From: Azolla caroliniana
Lineage: Eukaryota; Plantae; Polypodiophyta
Assembly (NCBI GenBank): GCA_043228905.1
Contig: JBHGNT010000005.1
Span: 14,074,001 to 14,138,000, forward strand
Length of the DNA stretch: 64,000 bases
Direction: 5' to 3'
The notes below the pieces were generated by a model. It did no database searches. It was not told the origin of the DNA and worked only from the letters and a program-made list of their open reading frames with translations. Positions 37,761 through 52,008 of this stretch are shown here, piece after piece. Position numbers and translations under genes: made by a program. The first letter of the stretch is position 1; the number at the start of each line of letters is the position of its first letter.

Positions 37761-39059
37761 AGAAATAGGAACTCTTTTTTTTTCTTTTTTTTAACGAATC
37801 TTTTTTCATGTATTCTTATGCGTATTCGTATGTATTCGTATAGTAACCCCCACGAATGCGAATATGTCAATCTATGTATATAATATATGTATCTTGTAAA
37901 TATGTATATGTCTGTCTGTCTATATACATACATACATACATACATACATAAGTGTATGTATCTATCTCATATGTATTATGTATATGTCTCCCCAGAATTT
38001 ATATTTGAGAGGAGGCCACACACAGGTTATACAGTTTGCCATTCATAAGTAAAAAGACAACAGTTTTGTTACATATTCTGTTATTTTTCTTCACCTTGGG
38101 CTCCATCTCCAAACAAGGACCCCAGAGTTCTGAAATCCTACAAGCCGATTAGCTCCTTCCTGCATTAAAGAAAAGGAAAGTTTTATTCTTTGGAAAGCTG
38201 GCTAATTGGATCACCATATTAATATACTGTGTAGTACATTAATTTATTTGATTTGTCTGCCTCCAAGATAACTAACCAACTATTTGTGATCACAACAATT
38301 GGATAGAACCACCCTAATATTTAGCCAAGTTTAACGAAATATATATGTACGTACTTGTTGCTCTTTTACTCTACATCCATCCATCCAATGGTTTCATTCA
38401 TGGGGTTAAAAATGTTGTCACACATCAGTCAATTAAGTTTGTTGTTAATGAAATGTCAAATGGAAAAACGTATGGATGGAATAGGAGCCAACGAAGAGAG
38501 ATGAGATGGAGGGACGGAACGACGCTTAAAGGAAGGTAGGACACTGAGTGATTGCATGCATGCTCATTCTTTTGCAAACGAGACGAGATGACAATCACGA
38601 CTTACAAACTTAGCTACCTAGTGATCTGAATGCTTCATTAATTATAATTTAATTCACGACAAACGCTTTTTATATATTCATCTATTATGGGATGGATATC
38701 ATGTGTGTATGTATATGTTTACATACAGACATATACTTTTGGACGACATACATACATGAACTCATCATAATATCTTAAACAACATATAGCATATGGACGA
38801 CACACATCCTCCTAAATTACTTGTTACTTACTTACTCTTGGTGTGACTGGTTGGTGGTGTAAGTATTTCAGATAACAAAGCTTCTATGTATAAAAATGTC
38901 CTAACATAATGATTCTTATTGATGGTATATATACAGGTACAATCTTGGGAAAATAGTTACATATGAATGAACCTTCACGGTTCTTGGAAAACTGTTACAA
39001 GTGAACCTTCATGGTTCTTTATTCATGGTAAAATCCAACCTTGTAGGGGAGCATGAAGC

Positions 39060-41499
39060 CATCCGTTGAGTTGGGATGAATTCTAGAATTGGAAGCAGCA
39101 GTAGGTAAGTACCATGTCTTTGGTATGTTGTAGGTAGCAGAGAACCCGCTTTAGGGCTTGCCAATGTGCTATTCCAGAATTTTGCATAAACCTAGAAAGA
39201 AAACTAGCACAAAAAGATAAATCTGGTCGTCTACAACTTACCAAATACCTTACACTTCCTAAAATTTGGCGATATGGAAGTGACGACATGATTCTCTCGT
39301 CCATTATAGTCTGCACGGTACTATCATCGGTGTTTGAATAGGTTTGCAATAAGCCATGTCGAATTTCTTTAATATGTCTTCCAACAACTTCTTTTGTGAA
39401 AGAGTGAGAGTATCTCCCATTCAATTTTGAGTCACTTTGATGCCAAGGAAAAACTACATTGGTCCTAAGTCTTTGACTGGAAACTTCATTTTTAGTTGGG
39501 AGATGGTCTTCCTCATAGCACTAATTGAATTTGAAGCAAAAGGAGGTCATAAACATATACACCACGAAGTATAAAAGTTTTACCTTCCTTTTGGATGTAC
39601 AAGTTTGGTTCTGCTTGAAGACATTTGAATCCAATAGATTCAAGGTAAATATGTAGCTTCAAATGCCACATTTCTAGGTGATTGTTTGAAGCCATATAAG
39701 GATATCTTAAGTTTGCACACATAATGAGGATACTTTGGATCTACAAAGAAGGGGGGTTGTTCCATATAAATTTCCTCATCCAAGTCGCCATGGAGAAAAG
39801 CTGTTTCTATATCAAGATGGTGTAATTCTAGGTTTAAGCCAACACTTATAGCAAACATAAACCTTAGCGGAACTGCTTTGAGAGTTGGGACAAAAGTGGT
39901 TGTGAAGTCAAGGCCTGGAACTTGTGAAAACCCTCGAGCAACAAGTCGTGCCTTGTGTCGAAGTAGAACTCCTTGTGAATCAAAATTCTTGGTCAAAATC
40001 CATTTGTTTGAGATGACATTTCGGTTTTCTAGAGGTGTAACAAGTTCCCAGGTGTCATTCTCTAGTAAAGCATCAATCTCAACTTGCATTGCTTCTTTCC
40101 ACTTAACACTATCCGGTTCATGAATGGCTTCTTCAGCACTAAGGGGAAAATCATTGTCATCGAGGATTTCTAAATCATCTTATGCAAAATCCACTTCGGG
40201 AGAAAGATCAACCATTAGTGCTTCTAATGGTTTGGTGATTTCCATAATTTCTTTCAAGCTTGTGAACTTAGATCTCCTTGTGGGAAGACGAGGGTAAACA
40301 TCTTCATCATCAAGTGATTCAAGGTTAAGATTTTTCTCCAAATGGGAGAAAACTTCCTTAGGAGATGTACGATCTTTATTAAAATGGAACCCTAATTTTG
40401 AATTGGAGGGAGAATGCCAAGATTTTCTTGAGCTTTTAGAATTTGTTGCAGAATCAATTGTTTTATAAGTTCAGTAATGGGATATTGATTCACCATCATG
40501 TCTGACTGTTGGGTCTTTATTGTTTACAACTGAAAAGCATGTTGATGCAGATGCAGAATCCATCGCTGGAATTGTAGTGGCTAATACGGGAACTATTGTT
40601 GTTGTTGTTGTTGTTTGTCCTGTCAGAAGCGCCTTCAGAATTGTTGATGTTGTTATTGGAACCATTGTTGTCATCGTTGGAACTTTTGTTATTGCCGCCG
40701 GATTGTCGTTGTCGCTGTTGAAACTGCTGGTTGTTGCCACTCTATTAATGTCATTTCAAGGAACGTTGTGTTCTCCTAAATTCTCAGAGGTTCTTCATCA
40801 TGTCTTCTTTCTTTTGTCCAGCCATTTCCATTGTTAACTTGCAATCGATTCTGTATGTCTTGCATTTCCATTTTCCTATGTGACAGTTCAGTGTTGTAGA
40901 ATAAAACATCTTCATCAAATGTCATAGACCTACTAAAGATGAACTTTTGATTGCTAGGATCAAATAGTTTATATCATTTCACACCTACAGCCTCACCATA
41001 TCATACCATGATACATTTCTTTACATGTGGATCCAACTTCTTCCTTTTCTCTTGTGGTACATGACTATATGCAATTGAATTGAACTCTCTTAAATTTGTA
41101 AAATTTGGTTAATGTCCAAACCAAAACATGTATGGTGTGTTGAAACCTAGCACTTTGGGTGGTGATCTGTTTTGTAAATAGCATGATGTAGATACTACTT
41201 CTTGCCAAAACCGATGTTCAAGTCCTGCCACTTGCAACATGCTTCTACTTGCATTTAATAAAGTTCTATTCTTTCTTTCTGCAACTCCGTTCTATTGTGG
41301 GTTGTGTGGTACATTGAACTCATGTATGATGTCATGTACATTGCGGAAACTCTAACATTCATTTGGGACATATTCTCCACCATTATATGACCTAATGTTG
41401 TTAATTTTACTTTGACATTGGTTTTCAGCCATGGACTTATAATAAGTAAAGCCTTGGAAAGCTTCAGCCTGTTTCATTAAAAAATAAAGCATGGTAAAT
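39060..41499 (-). mobile_element. Element J: old Ty1/copia remnant (IN and RT), interrupted by H
   Basis: RT motifs KARLVARGFSQ, LDIETAFLHG, YRQILGS; IN PQxNGVAERKNRTL near 41270; 3' end not resolved. Confidence 0.85.
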
Positions 41500-43033
41500 T
41501 GTTAATAATTAGGTAATTAACTATGGGTGAATTAATATCTAATTATGTGAGTAGTTAATCATGTATGTGATTAAGCCGCGGAAGATTATGTGATATGTGT
41601 GTGTATGTATGAGAGAAAGAGAGAGAGGAAGTTACACAGGTGAACAATAAGATAAAATGTGGGATGATTAACAAGAGTGTAGCTAGATAACCTTTCTCTA
41701 CATTAATAAGCATCAAGTTACAAAAATACCTACAATGAGGTATATATAGATCTCATGTGCAAGGGTGCACATGTGTGGGGAGAATATAGGTACAAGGATG
41801 TAAGTCCTATATTAAATGTACTTGGGAGTGGAGGATCTAGAATTTATCCCACTTAAGTACAAGGTCCTATTTAAGGCTTTAAGGTCAACACTTCTGACTA
41901 GATTCTAGTTATGTAACTACTAAGTTACATGGTTGACTAAATAACCAAACCTAGTTGAGCTTGATATCTCAACACGCCCCCTCAAGCTCAAGTATGAGGC
42001 GTTCGACATCCGATTTTGCTTTTGACGTTGTTCGACTTTCGGTGTCAGCTTCTATTCGGCATTTGGCGCCGACATTTCCCTTTTCGGCGTTGTCCGGCTT
42101 CCGGTGTCGGCTTCTGTTCGGCTTTCGATGCCGACAATTTTGTGGCAATTTCGGTACATTTCCGAGGTAGATTTGGTTCCCCCGTTTCAAGCCAAAGGCT
42201 TGTAGTGCATCTCTTCATCCATGGGGGGTTACGAGCCGCTTCCATAAAGCTTTCGGGCTCCTATTTGGCCGCGGACTTCATCGCGAAGGCATAATGATGG
42301 TCCATATACTCGTTGTAGCCGAACCTAGTGACCGAGTTCTTCTCTTGAGATGAGCGTCAGAGTTTTTCATTTGCTGATGTGAGTGCTTTTTCTACTCCGG
42401 GTGCCTGCATAATGGGTACACCAAACTCACTGTCTAGCGAGCGAGCCAACACATCCAAATCACTTTTGTCGGGGTGATCAACTTCATATTGGGGCATCTT
42501 ACCTTTGCCTTTGTCTAATTTGGTCCATGGTTGAGACGTGCTTGGAATGCTTGAAGGCACGTGTGGTCCACTTAGCTCGGTAGAGCTTGGACTGTCCTTT
42601 GGTAAGGGACTTGGGTGAATATCGTCACCCGAGTTGACGACCAATTGTTGCTCGGTCGATTCGGGTTCATACCATGATGCCGATTCGTCAACAAATACAT
42701 CCTGACTTACCCGAACAGTCAGGTCGAAGGGTTGAAGCACTTGTATCTCTTTTTCTCGGACGAGTATCCTACGAGGATACATTTCTCTAACTTCGTGTTG
42801 AGCTTTTGTCGTTTGTCATTCGGGATGCGTACATCCACGATGCTTCTGAATGCTTTGAGGTGTGACAATATTGGCTTCTTCCAATATGGAGTTAAGCTCA
42901 TATACTCCATTAGTGGTGAACTGATTCATGAGATAGACAACCGTGGATGTCGCTTCGGCCCAATAGAAATTTGGCATGTGCTTCTCATGCAACATGGCGT
43001 GTGCTACCTCGAGTATATGACGATTCTTCCTTT

Positions 43034-43485
43034 TGTTACTCCTAAGGGTCGGACAATAGCCTAACACAGGGTGTCTACGGAAGACACTTCACCAAAGGGT
43101 GTTACAGTGATATAGAGTTAGACCGATGATTAATCAGACCTATATCGGTACTTAAGGAACATATCATGAATCTAAATACACGCGTAAGATAGAAAGTAAT
43201 TAGCATAGAACGGCAATCAATACACAGAGATTAGAAATTAGAGCTTTATTAATTATCTGTCGTCATTTACAATGTAACCAAGCCTTTTTATAGATCACCG
43301 GCTCTGCATACAAAACGGTGCCAACCGACACTCTAATATGAACCGGTCCGGATCCGGATCGGCATACCGATTCCGGTCCATCCGTCAAAATATACTTAAT
43401 TACTTAATATCCTAATAACAACTTCCGATTATTCCTGCCCTTTCACATTCTGGACTGTCCTCCACTCCTTGCCGGCTGGCTAACA
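43034..43485 (-). mobile_element. Solo LTR related to the element D LTR, inside the integrase of H
   Basis: TG..CA ends; TSD CCTTT on both sides; shares CCGATCCGGATCCG and TAGACACC.TGTGTT.GGCTA with the D LTR in reverse orientation. Confidence 0.88.
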
Positions 43486-43603
43486 CCTTTCGGCTACTAC
43501 ATTTTGTTGGGGTGTGTGTCGGCATGAGAATTCTCTCCGGATGCCTTCACCTTAGAGGTAGGAGATGAATTCGTTGGAGAAGTACTCCTTGCCTCCATCC
43601 GAT

Positions 43604-44002
43604 CGTAGGCATCGAATGTGCCTACCAATTCCTTTCTCCACTTGGCTCTTGAGCTTTTGGAAGTGGGAGAGCACTTCGTTCTTCTTATTCATTGGGAATA
43701 TCCATGTGTAACGGGAGTAATCGTCGATCAAGGTGACGTAGGCATCGAATGTGCCTACCAGTTCCTTTCTCCACTTGGCTCTTAAGCTTTTGGAAGTGGG
43801 AGAGCACTTCGTTCTTCTTATTCATTGGGAATATCCATGTGTAATAGGAGTAATTGTCGATCAAGGTGACGTAGGCATCGAATGTGCCTACCAGTTCCTT
43901 TCTCCAGTTGGCTCTTGAGCTTTTGGAAGTGGGAGAGCACTTCGTTCTTCTTATTCATTGGGAATATCCATGTGTAACGGGAGTAATCGTCGATCAAGGT
44001 GA
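43604..44002. repeat. 3 x 133-bp tandem repeat in the integrase of H
   Basis: Units start CGTAGGCATCG at 43604, 43737 and 43870; CGTAG microhomology at the end. Confidence 0.92.
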
Positions 44003-45177
44003 CGTAGTATTGTCATCCGCCAATCGTCGATGTTTGAGCTGGTCCCCATACATCCGAGTGGATTACATCAATGAGGCCTTTGCTTACGTAGCTCTCCTTT
44101 GCGAATGGGAGTCGATGTTGTTTGCCGAGTTGACATGCTTCACACACTCAGTCGACTCGTTTTGACTCAAAGTTCGGAAGTCCAATGACGACTCCCTTTG
44201 ATTTCATCGCTCGAAGCCGTTGGAGGTTGATGTGCTCAATTCTCTTGTGCCATAACTCGATGTTTGTCTCGGTTTTGAGACCTTTAGCATACATGGCCGA
44301 TTTTACCTCGTCCAAATTGAGAATAAACATTCGACCTTCTTTTTTTCCTCGAGCTATGAGTCATCCATTCTTTTCAATAAAGCATCATTCGTTGTTGAAA
44401 TGGATTTGCATGCCTTGCTCCACGATTTGGCCGACCGAAACTGAATTCTTTGTTATTGTCGGAACGTGCAAGACATTCTCGATGCAATTGTTTTGGCTAT
44501 CTTTGTGGAACGGAATGTTGCCGATGTGCCGAATGGGATGTTTGGTGTTGTCTCCCATCTCTATGTAGCCAGGTTTATCTGACATTCTTAAGTCACAAAA
44601 CCATTCTTGGTGTGACGTCATATGATGTGATAGAGTTAGCCTTATGTCGCATGACGAACAATCCACCATAGTCTTCAAAGTTGGAGTTGGTGGTATAGTT
44701 TGTGAGTTGTCGGCTCGTGGAAGTCGACTCTGTTCTTTTCTTTTGGCACTCCTCTTTGTGGTGGCCGATCTTCCCACAATAGTTGCAGGTAAGTGGCATG
44801 GTTTGCCGACCTTGTTCGGCATGGAAGCTCACCCTTCTTCCGAAGGTTCCTCGATGGCTTTCATCTTCTTGCCGAAGGTTTTGAGTTCCCTTTGTGAGAT
44901 GGGCCGAATCAACCTCTTCTACCACCGCGACCTCGTCCTTGGCCACCATCCGAATTCGAGAAGAACATTTTTCCTTCCGACATCTTACTCTTGGTTCGGA
45001 CGTGGTTCTCTTCAACCAATAACATTGATTGAAGGTCAAAGAACTGTTGGCATAAAAGACCGACTCATTCCACTTTGTATCCGAGTGTGAATTCGTCCAT
45101 ATAGTTAGGGCTTAGTATATAAGCGATAAACTAATGTTGTAAAGAGAGCTTTGCTTGATCATTCTTGTACAAAGTCT

Positions 45178-45213
<36 letters not shown>

Positions 45214-46205
45214 AAAAATAAAGAGAGCTTCCATTAAAGCTTCTTATGTGTATCTAACATCTGTCTATATCTTTTTGCCCTCCTTCTGTGTTGTTTGTTG
45301 AGCACAACCGATAGATCCTCATATATGTTTCCGCGCATATCTGTCCTTCAACTGGTATCAGAGCGATCCGCGGCGGCGGCAACAAACAATAGAAAAAGCT
45401 GAAAGGAAAAAGACCAGGTTAGCAAATCTCACTTTCAAAAGAATCATAGCATCAACATCCAGTACAAGAGTTGAGATCTGAAAATTCGACGGCAGAAACT
45501 TTGCTCTATGGAAGGAGATGATGTAGGACGTACTAATTATTCGAAGACAGGTCGAGGCCATTCAACATTGCAAAAAGCCTGCTTCAATGTCAGCTGATGA
45601 GTGGAGATCAATGGACGAAATTGCACGCTCCACCATTCGAATGTGTTGTCCGCCGGAAGCAGACTACTGGGAAAAAAGTAAAGAGAAGAACAAGAAGAGT
45701 TTTATTATAGCAGGAGCGTTAAAAGAACGCATGTAATGGATCATGCAGGAAGTGTAACTGACTATCCCCTGTGTATATAAAGGGCATAGGAACATTGTAC
45801 AAGCTAGCGTAGTTTTGAGCATAGTCGTTTAATACAATTTCTGTCTTCTCTAATTTCGGTTTTAAGAGTTTCCCGTGTCGTTATTTCTGTGTCAATACCC
45901 AAAGTCATTGTTTAAGGTGAGTAAGCGTCATTGTGCATTTACGCACGATTAAAAATCAGTTGTAGCCATCTCCAAGTTCACATCTTACCTCACGAATAGT
46001 CAGTACGCTCTGTTGTTAGACTAAGCTATAGTTACGTAGAGTATGCGTGGTCATTCCCTGTACCACGATCTCCTTGATCCTACGCTTTGTCGTTAGACTA
46101 CGTTGTAGTTACGCAGAATATGCATGGCCATTCTCTGTACCACGAACTCCTTGAGCCTACCCCGAAGGACTGAGGGTAGGCCATGTTCCTAACCGGTAAC
46201 ACTTT

Positions 46206-46220
46206 TGGCACGCCTGGTGG
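46206..46220 (+). promoter_or_regulatory. PBS of F, complementary to tRNA-Arg(UCU)
   Basis: TGGCACGCCTGGTGG, 4 nt after the LTR end. Confidence 0.85.
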
Positions 46221-46299
46221 TCTGTCAATCTTCGCAGCCAAGCAACAGGGAATAGATGTTTAGTCGCCGACGAAATAGAGAACCAACTCAACCATAGAC

Positions 46300-49200
46300 C
46301 AGGTCCTTCACTCGAAAGACAGAAGAACCCGCTATGCAGAAACCACACCTTAATGATCACGTCACATCTTCCCAGGAATATACAGTAGAATCCACGCTCA
46401 CCGAACAAAGCCGCACTGGGCAGGAGTTTCAATGTATACATCGGATCAGCAGAGTGACACTGCTTCTCACAAAATCCCACACCACGGCAACAATAACCTC
46501 CTAAACACTACTGTAGCAACTAGAATGGTTTTTCATACCCTCGTTTCAATGGTGATACCGACTCTCAATGTTTGGTCGTTTCTCAATGTTTGGAACGCTA
46601 ACCATATGGCGTAGCGACTTCCGGAGGCGGAAGCCCATGACTCGAAGATCGCCGAGTTTGGGTTAACTTTGGATGGGCGAGCTGCCCCCTGGCATTCACA
46701 GCTCGACATCACGTCGTTTGCTTCGTTCGATCAGTTCAAATTATCATTCTTACGATTCTTCCATCGAAGTATTCCCCAAAGTGAGATTATCGGGCAGTTC
46801 TACACAATAAAGCAACTATAGCAAAAGTCCGTCGCGGATTTCAGCTTGCGATTCCAAAGTTTACGCTGACAGCTGACATGCGCTCTGACGGAGGATGAGG
46901 CCAAAGAAACATTTTTGGCAGCATTACGTTGACCAATCCGAACAACACTGAATACGCAAAATCTCACGGGCCAAACGGCGGATGCAGTCATAGAACGGGC
47001 GTTACAGCTTGAGATGGAAGAAGAGGACGATGGATTGTCTATGTCATCATTATGACACACGCTATCCAAGGACGAGGACTACCGGTTTCGCTAAGCCATC
47101 CAATGCACAATTTGTTTGAACTCAGGATAGTTCGCGGTGGAGTGTAACATGTGGATACATTGCCCCATTTGCCATTCATGGGCGCATACGCTGGATCAGT
47201 GCGAATATAATATGCTGAATAGGCCCACACCGACAGTTCGCCATATGGAACCACAACGGTAGTATCGCCGTAATGACCAAGGCTGTTAGGAGGAGCGTTA
47301 CCGTAATACGAAACGGAGCCAGCGTGTGGAAAGGCTATACTGTCACCATTGCAACAACAATCCTTATTCTAACGACCATACAATCGGGGGAGGCGTCGCT
47401 ATGATAATCAACACCCTACCAACAATTGGGGCGGACATGCTGGGGCCCATCCAAATGGTAGTAATCGCTAGTCAAGGGACCAATGCCGTTATGAGGAAAG
47501 TTCCAAGGATGAACAATGCCAAGAGCCGCGTCGGGAGTATCGCCAGAAGCCCCGCAACCAAAGACGGTTTCAGCAAGCATGGGAAGAACAATTGGCACCC
47601 GTGGAAACCATTGCAACCCCGGTCATGGAAAAAGGAGAATCCAACGTACATTGCTTCATGTGTCAGCAACCATGCCACTACACAACGCAATACCCACGGT
47701 GCGATAAAGGCAAAGGACCAACGGTAAATACGATTACGACGGACATCAAGCAGGTCATAACACGCAGTCAAGCGAAAAGCATAGAATGGGTTGAACAAGA
47801 GGACATACGCAAAGTGGCCCAGGACTAGGTAGAAAAAGAAAACTTAGCTAACACGGAGCGCATGTGGCAAGAGTCTGCCAACACCACCGCCGAGAGGGAA
47901 GACACGGTAGTGACACCAGACCCGGTATGGCTAGCACTGGTGGACTACGAAATTACGATGACCATGGACAAGCTATTACGACTTGTCCTGCGATTTTGAG
48001 AGACAGTGGAAAATCGTATACGGCACACAACCGGACTGGAAATTTCGGCTAATTACACACGAGTCTAGCTTAGGACCATCAATGGTGGATCATCACAACC
48101 AAACCATCAAGGTGGTACTGCAAGGACATGAAATCACGGGATGCATAGTCGACGACGGGTCTAGAGTCAACATGATCAGTAAAACCACTTGCAATCAGCT
48201 CGCCATTACATATTGGGAGGCATGCCCATTCTGGCTCCGAATGGCAGGCACTCGTTCTCTCAGACCACTAGGGTTGATTCGGAAGCTAGGGATTGTGGTC
48301 GATGGGCATAACTTTGAGATTTCCATGGTAGTACTGGCTCTGGATGTCTGAGGGGCGTACCCGATTTTGTTGGGCCGACCATGGCTACTGTCTCCTAACA
48401 TCAAGCAGAACTGGCATCATAACTGCATTAGTTTTAGACGCGGGCGAAGCAAGGTCCACGTACCTACACAGGAAACATCTGCACCTACGAAAGCCATTAC
48501 ACCCCTATACGCGGAAGAAATTAATAGGCTGGAAGGATTGGAAGATATGGAGCTCGAAGCGTACCTCGACGAGAATCTGTGAATAATACCACTGTTCGAG
48601 ATAGATGTTCTCGAGGCTGCTAATGAGTACGCCCCAACGAGGATGCTGCAAGAGGATGAGTACGAACCAGATCCCGAATCCATGTTAGAGCTAAGCAGAG
48701 CACGGGATGCATTTGAGAAGGAGAGGGAAATTTCGCGAAGGGTTACAACGTCGGCTATGGAAGATATTAATGTAGGATTAGTGGAAATTCGAAGGCTACT
48801 ATCAATCGCTAAGGATCTGATGCCAAATGAGAAAACGACAATGCTGGAGCTGATTCAGGAATTTAAAGATGTCTTCGCATGGTCGCATGAAGATATGAAA
48901 GGGTTGGACCCAAAATTCTACTAGCACAAGATTAACTTGGCCACGGATGCCAAACCTGTTCAGCAAGGACATTATCGCATGAACCCAAACTACGCGGCAC
49001 GCGTAAAAGACGAAATTGACAAGCTCTTAAAAGCCGGGTTCATACGACCAATTAAACAAGCAATATGGTTGAGCCCAATAGTGGTAGTGCCAAAGAAAAA
49101 TGGGAAAATACGCGTATGTGTCGATTATTGCTAGTTAAACACTGCCACTATTACGGACGCGTTCCCCTTACCGTTTATGGATAGCATACTCGACGCAATC

Positions 49201-51620
49201 GCCGGCCTCGACATTTAGAGTTTCCTGAATGGATTTAGTGGGTATAACCAAGTACGCATGCACCAGAGGATCAGGAGAAGACCGCGTTCGTAACCAAATG
49301 GGGAGTCTTTGTAGCTGTAGTCATGATGTTCGGACTCAAGACCGCACCCGCTACATTCCAACATAGTATTACGAAGATTATTGGCAATTTTATTACCGCG
49401 TTCATGCAAGTTTTCCTCGAAGACTTTACGGTGTATGGGAAGAGAGGTGATCATTTGGGACATCTACGACTATGTTTGGAACGGTGCCGTACTTCGCGCC
49501 TTAGTCTTAACCCAGCTAAGTGTGCGTTTGGGGTCACAAGTGGAGCGCTCCTCGGTCACATCGTGAGCAAGTATGGGATCGCAGTAGATCCTAGCAAAAT
49601 TAAGGCTATTATTGAAGCAAAAATCCATAGTAATGTGAAAGTCCTTAGCTGCTTTTTGGGGCAAATACACTGGCACAGCCGTATGCTATGCTATTTGGCG
49701 GATTTTGCAATTCCCTTACACGTCGCAGTGCACCACACTCCATTCGGATCGATGACAACAAACGATAAGGCGTATGAGGCATTAAAAGTAATGCTGACAC
49801 AAGCACCCGTCATCCAGCCACCAATTTGGTCTAAACCTTTCCACGTATTTGTGGATGCCGCCGACATAGGAATAGGCAGTGCACTAATGTAGCTCACCGA
49901 GCGTAGCTGGTACCGACCGGTGTACTATTCTAGCCGCAAATTATCAGATGTGGAGTGGAACTATTCGACGACGGAGCGTGAAGCCTTGGGATATGATCTA
50001 CAACGTCAATAAATTTAGACATTACTTGTTAGGGCGAAAATTCATGTTTCATGTGGATCACGCAACATTACTATACTTAGTCAAGAAACAATCATTAACG
50101 GGAAAACTAGCCAGATGGATGTTGTTACTATAGGAGTTTGAATTCCCAATTCAACATCGTCTTGGAACATAGCACACCATAGCAGATTATTTAAGCAAGT
50201 TAGATAACGGCGACGACGCAATAATGCGACACGACGATTTTCCTGACGCCGATATTCTGCGTGTGGTGACCACAAGGACAAAAGGAGAGAAGAGTTTTCC
50301 GGATCGATGGTTGATGGAAATGACCTACTTCTTAACCACGTGACTACCATCCCCACAACTAAGGACGAACGAGAAGAAAAGGCTCGCGCGGTATGGAGCG
50401 GGAATTTTTGTTTAGTTGAAGAGGTGTTATATCACAAAGGGAGCGATGGCATCTGGAGTTGAGGTATACAACAGGATGAGAAGAACGCGGTTTTATGGGA
50501 GGCGCACTTGGGTACAACAAGCGGCCATTATGTGGGGGACATCATGGCCTGGAAAGTAGGTCTTTGGTGGCCGACTACGCAAAAGGATGCGTATAGATAC
50601 TGTAAGGAGTGCGACCTCTGCCAGCATATGGGCAAACCGACGGAGTTCACACGAATGCCTCACCAGCCAGTGCTTCCACTTGACCCTTTCCAGAAATGGG
50701 GCCTCGATTTTGTCGGCCCCTTTACACCGGCAGTGGCCCGTACAGGGAACAAATATATCTTAGTCGCTATAGATTATTGCACGAAATGGGTGGAGGAAAA
50801 AGCCTTATGAGATAACACCGCGGCGTTTATGACGAAATTCTTATACGAACAGATTTGTTGCCATTTTGGCTGTCCGATAGAGCTCATCAGCGATCAAGGA
50901 AGCTATTTCTCTAATACGGTTCTTCACGAGCTCACGAAACATTATGCCGTAGTCCACAAGAAAAGTACACTGTACTATCCCCATGTGAATGGTTTAGCAG
51001 AATCAATGAACAAAACGCTCCAGAATATCCTGAAAAAGATCGTCAATGATAACTGAACGGACTGGGACACGAAGCTGCATAGTGCCTTATGGGCTTACTG
51101 TACGAGCTATAAAAGAAGCGTACAATCAACTCCTTTCCGACTGGCATTCAGGCTGGAAGCTGTAATGCCTATTGAATTTCAGGTACCCATCTTACGCATA
51201 CAAGTCCACGAGCAACTGTAGGAGGGCCGGTCCGAACAAATCCTCTTACAACATTTACTTGAGTTAGGTGAAGCTAGGGTCCACAGCATGGCAGTCCTCG
51301 AACACGAGCAACGACGATGGAAGGCTTTCTTGGACCGACACCACAACACCAATGAAAAGCACTTTAAAATTGGGAAAGCAGTCTTGGTGTTCCAAACCCG
51401 CATGGGACAAATGCTGGGGAAACTAGGTTTCCGCTGGACAGGACCATATTGGATAATAGGGGTGAAAAACAGAACATTCGAATTAGGCACTCTCGCAGGT
51501 GAAGCATTACGGCAGAAAGTGAACGAGTTCCGCCTAAATCCATATTTGGGACCTACGCCACCAAACCCGTTTCATGCCATGAAAGATACTACGGTCGTGG
51601 GTTCACGCACCGACCAATAG
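46300..51620 (+). pseudogene. Element F gag-pol with many stops; start approximate
   Basis: CIVDDGSRVN (PR), WLSPIVVVPKKNGKIRVCVDY and FLEDF (RT), VFVDA..YNVNKFRHYLLG (RH), [19 protein letters not shown] (IN). Confidence 0.88.
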
Positions 51621-52008
51621 ACGAGACCCACATATACATATGTAACAGTAATATTGTACTTTACCGTTAAAAAAAGAAAAACGAAAAAAAAAGAAAAGAG
51701 AGAGAGAGGGTAGTCACGATTATTAAAAGGACTTCATGCATACACACTTTCCAAAAAAGAGAACAGATGTCGACACAATGATGCATAGGCTCAAGAACCC
51801 TAACTCACAAAAAGAAGACACCAGATGGTTTTCTGCAAATCACAAAAAACAATCTCATGCATTGTGCTCTTCCCACTCTCCTCGCTCTCCTCGCTCTCCT
51901 CGCTCTCCTCGTGCCCCTCATTTCCCACCTTACCTAAGACACCACGATCGGATCAGCCTACGATCCTTCCCTCCGAGTCGCTCTCCTCACGCACCTTGCC
52001 AAGACAAC

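Larger units (their letters stand above)
41500..45085 (-). mobile_element. Element H: Ty1/copia (gag end, PR, IN; RT/RH deleted) with 3' LTR 41500-41974; interrupted by E
   Basis: On the - strand the LTR reads TGTTGAGA...TTAACA, preceded by PPT TTGAGGGGGCG; CNYCGKIGHHKEEC, LWHKR, RKNRHILE; coding stops just after EPESFMEA near 42200. Confidence 0.88.

Noticed and set aside
43604-44002. CRISPR-like array
   Set aside because: Whole units are duplicated with no unique spacers; the sequence is integrase-coding; no cas genes
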